A stretch of 17,309 nt of DNA, taken from Pseudomonadota bacterium (GTDB lineage Bacteria; UBA10199; 2-02-FULL-44-16; JAAZCA01). The notes beneath the pieces were generated by a model. The model made no database searches. It worked only from the letters and a program-made list of their open reading frames with translations, and was not told the DNA's origin. The stretch spans positions 1 through 17,309 of the forward strand of contig JAZDOG010000066.1 in NCBI GenBank assembly GCA_043798915.1, in the 5' to 3' direction. Numbering within the stretch: position 1 is the first letter of the stretch; every line of letters starts with the position of its first letter. This document shows positions 8,133 to 15,683 of this stretch, one piece after another. A program made the translations under genes and the position numbers.

Positions 8133-9071
8133 ATGAGACGCGCGATCATCGTCGCATTCTTCCTCTGCAGTATACCTCTCGCCGCGCGGGCGGATATGCC
8201 GGCGTCGCGATATTTTCACAGCGGGAACGGAAAGATATTCATCGCGAGCGCGAAGAACGGCGCATCGTTCAAGGGCGCCTATCGCAGGAGCGACGGCAGC
8301 TACGACGAAGCGGCGATGAGGGCCATCAGCCGCGTCTTCGGGGCGAGATACGGCGATCCCCTCTCGGCGATCTCGCCGCGCCTCATCGAATTCCTGGGCT
8401 ATCTCGAGGCCGAGCTCAAACCCGGCGCGAGGATCACTGTCTCCTCCGGCTTCCGCAGCCCGGAGTACAACACGAAGCTCCGGGAGAGCGGGAAGCTCGC
8501 CGCGAAGGCCTCGCTCCATCAGTACGGGATGGCCGCAGATATGAAGATAGAGGGCGTCTCATCAGAGAGCATCTGGAACTTCGTGAAGGAACTGGGCTTT
8601 GGAGGCGCAGGTTTCTATCACGGGGGGCTGGTCCACGTGGACGTGGGGCCGGCGCGCTCGTGGGACGAGAGGACCTCGGGCGTGGGCACAGACATCTCCG
8701 AGGAAAACAAGCTCATCGCGGTCGTCACGGACAAGGACATCTACCTGCCGGGCGAGACAGTCGAACTCAGGTTCACGCGGATGACGGCGTTCCCGATCGG
8801 TGTCTCGCCCGAGTTCGTTCTCGAACGCGTGGAAGACGGCGGCGCAAAAAAGACGGCCTCGTTCAAGCCATCCTGGTCCTTCTCCCCTCCGTGCGATTGC
8901 GCATGCCCCAAGTTCAGCGGCATCGACCATCTGATGGGAATCAAGTGGCAGCTCCCCGGTGACATCCATCCGGGGCGATACCGCATCCGGGCCCGCTTCT
9001 GCGAAAAACAATCGGAAGAGATGCCATCTGAGATCGCAACGCCTGAGTTCGAGGTGCAAAAAGCGCCCTAG
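8133..9071 (+). CDS. Secreted YcbK/DUF882 (peptidase M15A-like) Zn metallopeptidase with a C-terminal extension, 312 aa
   Basis: Signal peptide MRRAIIVAFFLCSIPLAARA; motifs ITVSSGFRSPEYNTKLR, AAKASLHQYGMAAD (H-x6-D), GAGFY and VHVDVGPARSW (H-x-D); SD AAGGAG. Confidence 0.88.
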   Translation: MRRAIIVAFFLCSIPLAARADMPASRYFHSGNGKIFIASAKNGASFKGAYRRSDGSYDEAAMRAISRVFGARYGDPLSAISPRLIEFLGYLEAELKPGARITVSSGFRSPEYNTKLRESGKLAAKASLHQYGMAADMKIEGVSSESIWNFVKELGFGGAGFYHGGLVHVDVGPARSWDERTSGVGTDISEENKLIAVVTDKDIYLPGETVELRFTRMTAFPIGVSPEFVLERVEDGGAKKTASFKPSWSFSPPCDCACPKFSGIDHLMGIKWQLPGDIHPGRYRIRARFCEKQSEEMPSEIATPEFEVQKAP

Positions 9072-9117
9072 CGTCAAATTTCCGTCATCAAAAACGTCAA
9101 AATTCTCATTGTGAGAA
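9072..9117. promoter_or_regulatory. Candidate upstream activator (bEBP) sites
   Basis: CGTCA occurs at 9072, 9083 and 9095 (11-12 bp period), and the inverted repeat TTCTCA-TTG-TGAGAA spans 9103-9117. These lie about 100-150 bp upstream of the predicted sigma-54 TSS. Confidence 0.45.
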
Positions 9118-9191
9118 AAATCCGCTATATCTCCGTTCGTCCAACATTCTGAGATCACACGTAAATTTCAACCCCCCGGCAGATCGATCCT

Positions 9192-9208
9192 CTGGCACGA
9201 AACTTGCT
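9192..9208 (+). promoter_or_regulatory. Sigma-54 (RpoN) -24/-12 promoter of the Rhs gene
   Basis: CTGGCACG-AAAC-TTGCT matches YTGGCACG-N4-TTGCW, with GG at 9194-9195 and GC at 9206-9207. Predicted TSS is near 9219; SD GGAGGT lies at 9240-9245. Confidence 0.82.
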
Positions 9209-9249
9209 GCATTAGTCAACATCAGGGTCAGATAAAAACGGAGGTCGGT

Positions 9250-12200
9250 ATGAAGATCCGTGGCTTTGGAGTGTTCTCGATGGCTGTCGTTCTCATTGTC
9301 CCCTGTCTGTTTGCAAAACCAGTTCACGCCATGCGTAAAGTCTGTAACCCAGTACCTACATGGGTCACCTACCCCGATGGAACCACGGGTCCGTCGGCTG
9401 GCGATGGCAATGTATGTGTGGAGGTGCCTGACGATCAGGCGAGCGCTGAAGGGATCAATAACTGGATGAGGACAATTGCCATCAGTGACAGGACCAACCC
9501 GCCAGCACCAAGAGACCTTCCACAGGGAAATGGAGGTGGGCCGATAAAAGGATCGGAGCCCATCGAATACCACGGTGAGTTTACGTTTCATGACGAAGAT
9601 GTGAGTTTTCCCGGATTGGGGACCGATTTTCATTTCAGCCGTTCGTACAGTAATTTCAGCGTCTATTTTGGAGCGCTGGGTCATGGATGGAGCCACAAGT
9701 ACGAAAGGGCGCTGGTTACGATCGTCGATGGATCCCGGGCGGGAACTCTTGAATACGTGGATGGTGAGGGGGCGATCCGGTTTCATACGACGAAGGACAG
9801 CACCACGTCGTTTGAACCGGACGCGAATGGGATTGGGTATCAGCTGACGACCGATGGGAAATCCTACATTCTCAAGGATGGTTCGGGTCTCAGCTATATC
9901 TTCAAGGATGACTTCAAACTTCCCTGGAAGCCCCTGGTCGCGATCCGCGATGCGCTTGGCCATCAGCAGACCATCAACTGGACGAAATACGATGAGAGGA
10001 CGTGGCCGGATGCGAGGATCGCGAGCGTCCAGGACACCACAGGGCGCAAGGTTTATTTCAATTATAAAGACGGGACCTATTGCGAAATCAAAGGAGAGTC
10101 CCGCAACGGCTCCTACTGCGACGCAAAAAACCCTCCACAAAAGAAAACCTTTCTTCAATGTTTGAGTTTGACTCAGGATGATTGCTCCAAGCCTCTCGTG
10201 TCCTTTGAGTACAACGACGTTGGAGAGCTGAAATCCGTCAAGGATGCCGTGGGACATGGCAACACGTATGTCTACGACGATGGATATAGCCCCCAGACGG
10301 GACTTCCCACGGCCTCCACGGAGCAACTTTGTTCCACGATGTGCGGCTCTTCAGCAGACGACTTCCACAATGTCGATATTTGTCACAGCACCCGATGCCT
10401 GAGCCGGGTGAACAGCGAATCGGCCTGCCAGCGATCTTGTATTGACCTGTATCCCTCCCGCGTCGACTTGTGCGGCAAAGTTTGTGTTCAAAATAAATGC
10501 GCAAGCGATACGAGCTACCTGGGGGATCAGGATATAAAGGTATTGCAAGACATGTCCAAGACGAAGATCTTTGACGCCTGCATGGCTGATTTTTTCAAGG
10601 ATTACTCTTTCTGCAAGGGTTCAGTTCGTCAGGGGAGCGATTGTTATCCTGTCTCCCTCAGCTCACCGCAGGAATGTTTGACCCAATGCAGGAATAACTA
10701 CTCGACAAAAGCTGTGGATGGCAATCCCATCCAGTCCTATGGCCTCAGTCAGGATCTGAATCACAATCTCATTGCCGTTTATGATGGGGAAGGACGCCTC
10801 ATTATCAAGAACCAGTATGGAACGGACGCTCAACAGATTTCCTTTGATCGCGTGACGGACCAGTGGCTGGGAGCGGAGACTGAAGAGAATCACATCAGGT
10901 TGAGTTACTTCGATCTCAAGGGCGCGGGGGTTGTTTCCTGGAATGAGACAGAACGGCCCTCCTTTGTCTGGAGCGACTACCTGATTGGGATGGCTCATGC
11001 AGCTGCCAGACTTCCGGATTGGGTCAAGCCGGGGCTTAAATCTTCCCCGGTTATGCAGACACGGGATATGGCGGTTCCCAACACCCCGATGGAGGTCAAT
11101 GCCGGGCCAAAGATCGCTTCCCTCGATTTTTCCCAGTTTGTGGTGAGTTCAACCGATTTTAAATCAGTGACGATCTGTCCCCAACTGGGCGACTCGCGGG
11201 ATTATCCTCCGGACACCAATTTTATCGGTCCATCACGGAATCCACCGGTCCCTGGCGCCTGTGATCCGGGGCCCTGTGCTCCTGACTCGTTATTGTTTGA
11301 TCTGGTCATGGGGAGCGCCTGGGCTGGTTCCACGGGCAGAGTACTGGAAAGACCCGGACAGGCGGCACCGCAATCAGCCCAGTCTCAAGGGATGATGGGC
11401 ACGAGGGCTCCTGTGTTCCACACGGCGGCTCAGGTGCCTGTCCTGGCTACGGTTGCGCAAGATCTTTATGGGGGGATCCGGACCTATTACCTCGACAAGA
11501 ACAACCGGCTCTTGAGAGAAGTGCTCTACAGCAACGGCGGCCAGGGTTATCTCCCATATGAAACAACCGATTTAAATTACATCTTGAAGCCCGGCCGGAT
11601 CGATCGTGCCGTGGCCTATCCATCCGGCGAGCGCGTGTGCATGGCCAGCACTGTGTTCGACCTGCCGCAGACCGTCACGGACTTTCCCGCAATTGGCTAT
11701 GGAGGGGAACAGGCTCCGCGCATCAGCAGCATCGAGTACGATACGGAAGGAAACCCAACGAAGCTGATGCGGGAAGACGGGTGGTCCGTCGAATATGACC
11801 GTGACCCCCAGCAGAGGATCAGGCAGATCAAGGCGATCGTCGATGCGGCCAGGAATCAAACTGTAACGGCGACCTATGCCTACGCCAACAATACGGATGT
11901 CATGCCCGCTCAGATCACGGCACCGGATGGCTCAGTGACGGAACAGGGCAGTTTTGATCCTGCAGGCACAGGACCGCAGACGATCACTCTGGACAAGAAT
12001 AGCGGCGCGGCATCGGTGGGCAGGTATGCGAGCTATTATCCGTCCGGCCGCATCAAGGAGCGGGGGATCACGGGGCAAAGCGGGAGTTACCTGGAGTATC
12101 TGGATAACCATCTCCCCAGGTCCATGAAGGTGAGAAAGGATCCCGGTTCGCCATGGTATGAGACCAGTTACACATACAATGCGGCCAATCAGCTGAAGAC

Positions 12201-15200
12201 CGTCGAAACGCCGGATATCATTCGCCGGCTCCAGTTTGATTCCCTGGGCAATCTCAACTTCACGAGCGAACAGCCCAAGGACAATATCTCGGAAGGCAAG
12301 AAGACCTGCTACAACTACAGTCCGGATGGGCGATTGCTGGCTGCGATGTTACCCAAAGGGAACGTTGAAGAATACGCCTATGATCCGGCCGGAAGGATCT
12401 CCGGCGTCCGGGTTGGGTATCCCGTTGGGGACACTCCGTGGGCGAAAAACTGTCTTCAAAATAATTTCGCGGCGGCTCTTCCTCAGGTCGGCGAGAACCT
12501 GGATGCCCCCCCGCCCAATGCCAGGAAGGGCATGGAGGAGGGTGTTTCCTTCACCTATAAACCGGGCGGGTTTCTCGAAAAAGTGCGGCAAAATGGCATC
12601 GAACACAACATCGTCACCGATGGTTACGGACGCATCATTGACCGGATTGATCCCAATGGAAATCATCATCGCGCGGGATACAGCCTTTACAATGACGACA
12701 TCCTCTGGACAGCGGATTATGATTCAAAAGCCCCCGCTTACGGAAGACCCGACTTCCCGAACGCCTCGCTGCTGAGAGCGGCGGAATACGAGCACGATGG
12801 GCTGGGTCGCCCCAGGACGGTCAGCGAATGGCATTTTGCCGGCGGGAAGCCCGTGGGTGCGGAGTTGAGACTGACAACTCAGTTCAGCTATGATGACGCG
12901 AACCACGTCACGGTTGCCACCGCCAATGGCGCCTCGATCACAACGAAGTTCGATGGACTGGGGCGGTTGCTTTATCAAACTCTGCCGAACGATTCACGAG
13001 TGACGGCCCAGTGGGACACAAAACAAAATCAGGTGACATGGACTCGCCCCGGTCCGCAGGGAAATTCCATCAAGACCATTCAGGTGTTCGACGGCTTTGG
13101 CGGTGTCTCCAGGGTGATCGATGACCAGGGCCGGGTGGTCTTGCAAAACACGAGCGACCTGCTGGGCCGGGTGGTGGAGAGCAGGCCTGATTCCAGCGGT
13201 GTGCGGCGGATCGCGCATGATTCCTTCGGACGCGTTTATCAGACCCGCCAGGAAGTTCAGCCGAATGTCGAGATGGTTCTGACAAATACCTGGGGAAAAA
13301 ATGATGAGCCCCTGGCCTTCAAGGACGGCAACGGGAACCTGACCCGGAGCCGCTACGACGGACAGGGACGGCTGGCGGCAAGACTTGATGCCGCGGGCCG
13401 GAGCACTCTGTATGACTACGTCCCCGGCACCAGCCGCATGCAGCGGGTCCTCCTGCCCGATGGAAAGAATCCCGTCCCGGACAATTCCAGCACGCAGGTG
13501 ATCAACGAGTACGATGCCGCGGGTTTGTTGATGAGACAGAGCATCAAGCACGGGGCCAATGTGGTGAACCACGGAAATAAGACGACGGTCAGGGAATTCT
13601 GGTATACACCCCTGGGGCAAATGGCGACCGCCAGGCTCACGGACGCCAACAATGGGGCGCTGACCGACGGGATGGTCGACTGGTTTGCTTATGACTCGCT
13701 CGGAAATGCTGTCTTTGAAAGAAGCTCTCTTCTCCCGTTTGAAATTCGTCATCTCACCGATCCGCGCAACCGCAAGTCCTATACGACCATCGGCAAGGCA
13801 GTGATTGAGAGGGGCTTTGATGTGCTGGGCCGGCTCCAGACGCTCGCCCTCGATGGACAGCCTCTGGGAGCCTTCAAATACACGGGGCCGGACACATTGA
13901 CCGGCATCGCCTATGGAAATGGGGCCGCCGGTTCGCTGGCCTATGATCGCCGGGGTTTTGTTTCCGACGTGCAGGTCAAAGACAGGAATCAGGGGTCTCT
14001 CCTGTCCCTCCACATGGCGTACGGCTTCGATGGGTCGCCGCGCTGGAAGAAATATTCCATCGGGAAGTCAGGGCCGGCGAGGCATGACTTTTTCGAGGTC
14101 GACGGCGCCGGAAGGCTCATTGCGGAAGGCTCGGGCTTGAAGGGCGAGACTGTGGGGGGCAATCTGCCGGTCAACCCGGTCAACGCGGATGTTGCGGCTC
14201 TGCTGGAAGGCAGCCCGAAGACTCGGAAGTACGCGCTGGATATGGCCTCAAACTGGACGAAGGTGGAAAAACGCATCGATAGGAACATCTCCGTGCTCAG
14301 GTTTACACCGAATGCCAACAATGCCTACACGGTTGCGGAAGGGCAGGCTCCCAGGCACGACCCGGCCGGCAATCTGGTGGCGTTCCCGGCCAAGAATCCG
14401 ACGGAGAAATTCACCTACAACGGACTGGGTCAAATCCTGGGTGCCACGTCAGGAGAGAAGACCAGCGCCTTCTACTACGACGCCCTCGGCCGGAGAGTGG
14501 CAGAAATGAACGGCCATGGAGACATGACCTATTATGCGTGGGACGGAAACACCCTGGTGGCGTCGGGGGACAGCCGCTCAGATGAGAATAGTTTCAAGCT
14601 GAATGTCATGTTGGGCGCGAATGCTCCCTTCGCCCGGGTGGAGCAGCTGGGCAAGGGGAATCGAGTCTTCTTCCATTCCGGACCGGATGGTTCTGTCATG
14701 GCGGTCAGCGATAGCCAGTCGGGTCTGGTGGAGGGGTCTTTCTATGATGCCTATGGCAAACCAACCTTCCTGGGCGCCGATGGACGGAGTGAGATCCCGA
14801 GCTCGAAGATCGGCAACTACTTTCTCTTTCAGGGTATGATCCGTGACCAGGACTCGGGTCTCTACCTGACCCCGGCCCGGGCCTTCAAATCGAACTGGGG
14901 GCGGTTTATCACTCGGGACCCCATTGGTTTGGCCGGTGGACAAAACCCCTACGCCTATGTCAATTCCAGCCCCCAGGACTGGACCGATCCCAGCGGGCTG
15001 GACCCAAAGAGTCAGAGGGGGAATGAAGGAAACAGCAGAAAAAGTTATGCTCAACAGGGATTATCAACCTTCTCGGCCCCGCGCCGGAGTCAATGGGCTG
15101 TGCTCGAAGAACAAGCGAGGAAGGATGTCATCCACTCTCCCGCTGTCGCCCTCGCTGACGCCATTTTTACATTTGGGAAGGCTTTAGTCGGCTGGCCCGA

Positions 15201-15675
15201 AACTTCCGAGGAAGAAGGGGCCCAGGCGGCAATGGAAGTAGCGGGCACGATAGCCGTGTTGGGGCCGACTAAGGTCGTCACCGAGGTAGCCGGCGCCGGT
15301 TTGGCTCGGTTGCAATCCAATTTGGCTGCGAGAGCGGCGGCTGGTACGCCTGCAGCAGTGCGTGTGGCCAACGTGGGCGCATCTTCGGAAATATCGGGGT
15401 ACGAAGCAACTTTGCCCGGCAAACCCGTGGCAATAAGGCAGGTCGCTGCGGCTAAAGCGCCTGCAGCGGCAAGGGCGTCGGCAGTCCCGAACCATAACAT
15501 CTCCGAGGCTTCTACTGGCGTGCGCCCGAGCAGGATATCAGAGGCTGCGGCTATGAAGGACTCAGAAATACAAAACATAATCGAGCGACTGGTCGGTCCG
15601 GAAGCCAGGGGTTCCAATTGGGAAGAGCCATTTTGGGAATGGATGGAAACAAGCGCAAAAAATCTACCTCGGTAG
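9250..15675 (+). CDS. Rhs/YD-repeat protein with Sec signal peptide, DUF6531-like region, Rhs-associated core and unknown C-terminal domain, 2141 aa
   Basis: Signal MKIRGFGVFSMAVVLIVPCLFAKPVHA. DUF6531-like EPIEYHGEF...FSRSYSN...GALGHGWSH. Many YD repeats (YAYDPAGRI, YEHDGLGRP, RYDGQGRL, FYYDALGRR). Core end YDAYGK...FQG...DSGLY...AR...GRFITRDPIGLAGGQNPYAYVNSSPQDWTDPSGL. Confidence 0.95.
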   Translation: MKIRGFGVFSMAVVLIVPCLFAKPVHAMRKVCNPVPTWVTYPDGTTGPSAGDGNVCVEVPDDQASAEGINNWMRTIAISDRTNPPAPRDLPQGNGGGPIKGSEPIEYHGEFTFHDEDVSFPGLGTDFHFSRSYSNFSVYFGALGHGWSHKYERALVTIVDGSRAGTLEYVDGEGAIRFHTTKDSTTSFEPDANGIGYQLTTDGKSYILKDGSGLSYIFKDDFKLPWKPLVAIRDALGHQQTINWTKYDERTWPDARIASVQDTTGRKVYFNYKDGTYCEIKGESRNGSYCDAKNPPQKKTFLQCLSLTQDDCSKPLVSFEYNDVGELKSVKDAVGHGNTYVYDDGYSPQTGLPTASTEQLCSTMCGSSADDFHNVDICHSTRCLSRVNSESACQRSCIDLYPSRVDLCGKVCVQNKCASDTSYLGDQDIKVLQDMSKTKIFDACMADFFKDYSFCKGSVRQGSDCYPVSLSSPQECLTQCRNNYSTKAVDGNPIQSYGLSQDLNHNLIAVYDGEGRLIIKNQYGTDAQQISFDRVTDQWLGAETEENHIRLSYFDLKGAGVVSWNETERPSFVWSDYLIGMAHAAARLPDWVKPGLKSSPVMQTRDMAVPNTPMEVNAGPKIASLDFSQFVVSSTDFKSVTICPQLGDSRDYPPDTNFIGPSRNPPVPGACDPGPCAPDSLLFDLVMGSAWAGSTGRVLERPGQAAPQSAQSQGMMGTRAPVFHTAAQVPVLATVAQDLYGGIRTYYLDKNNRLLREVLYSNGGQGYLPYETTDLNYILKPGRIDRAVAYPSGERVCMASTVFDLPQTVTDFPAIGYGGEQAPRISSIEYDTEGNPTKLMREDGWSVEYDRDPQQRIRQIKAIVDAARNQTVTATYAYANNTDVMPAQITAPDGSVTEQGSFDPAGTGPQTITLDKNSGAASVGRYASYYPSGRIKERGITGQSGSYLEYLDNHLPRSMKVRKDPGSPWYETSYTYNAANQLKTVETPDIIRRLQFDSLGNLNFTSEQPKDNISEGKKTCYNYSPDGRLLAAMLPKGNVEEYAYDPAGRISGVRVGYPVGDTPWAKNCLQNNFAAALPQVGENLDAPPPNARKGMEEGVSFTYKPGGFLEKVRQNGIEHNIVTDGYGRIIDRIDPNGNHHRAGYSLYNDDILWTADYDSKAPAYGRPDFPNASLLRAAEYEHDGLGRPRTVSEWHFAGGKPVGAELRLTTQFSYDDANHVTVATANGASITTKFDGLGRLLYQTLPNDSRVTAQWDTKQNQVTWTRPGPQGNSIKTIQVFDGFGGVSRVIDDQGRVVLQNTSDLLGRVVESRPDSSGVRRIAHDSFGRVYQTRQEVQPNVEMVLTNTWGKNDEPLAFKDGNGNLTRSRYDGQGRLAARLDAAGRSTLYDYVPGTSRMQRVLLPDGKNPVPDNSSTQVINEYDAAGLLMRQSIKHGANVVNHGNKTTVREFWYTPLGQMATARLTDANNGALTDGMVDWFAYDSLGNAVFERSSLLPFEIRHLTDPRNRKSYTTIGKAVIERGFDVLGRLQTLALDGQPLGAFKYTGPDTLTGIAYGNGAAGSLAYDRRGFVSDVQVKDRNQGSLLSLHMAYGFDGSPRWKKYSIGKSGPARHDFFEVDGAGRLIAEGSGLKGETVGGNLPVNPVNADVAALLEGSPKTRKYALDMASNWTKVEKRIDRNISVLRFTPNANNAYTVAEGQAPRHDPAGNLVAFPAKNPTEKFTYNGLGQILGATSGEKTSAFYYDALGRRVAEMNGHGDMTYYAWDGNTLVASGDSRSDENSFKLNVMLGANAPFARVEQLGKGNRVFFHSGPDGSVMAVSDSQSGLVEGSFYDAYGKPTFLGADGRSEIPSSKIGNYFLFQGMIRDQDSGLYLTPARAFKSNWGRFITRDPIGLAGGQNPYAYVNSSPQDWTDPSGLDPKSQRGNEGNSRKSYAQQGLSTFSAPRRSQWAVLEEQARKDVIHSPAVALADAIFTFGKALVGWPETSEEEGAQAAMEVAGTIAVLGPTKVVTEVAGAGLARLQSNLAARAAAGTPAAVRVANVGASSEISGYEATLPGKPVAIRQVAAAKAPAAARASAVPNHNISEASTGVRPSRISEAAAMKDSEIQNIIERLVGPEARGSNWEEPFWEWMETSAKNLPR

Positions 15676-15683
15676 AAGCAGGG

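Noticed and set aside
8076..8519. N-terminal extension of the 665-aa minus-strand ORF
   Set aside because: It overlaps the well-supported YcbK-like gene on the opposite strand. The membrane-protein sequence begins only after ATG 8075.
9106..10326. 406-aa minus-strand ORF, and likewise 12994-14013, 1778-2527, 5236-6249 and 8087-8962
   Set aside because: These are antisense or alternate-frame shadows of motif-supported genes, with no recognisable motifs of their own. Such ORFs are common in GC-rich DNA.
9250..15675. T6SS effector or Tc-toxin TcC assignment
   Set aside because: No PAAR, VgrG, EagR or TcA/TcB genes or motifs are visible in the window, and the signal peptide argues for Sec export.
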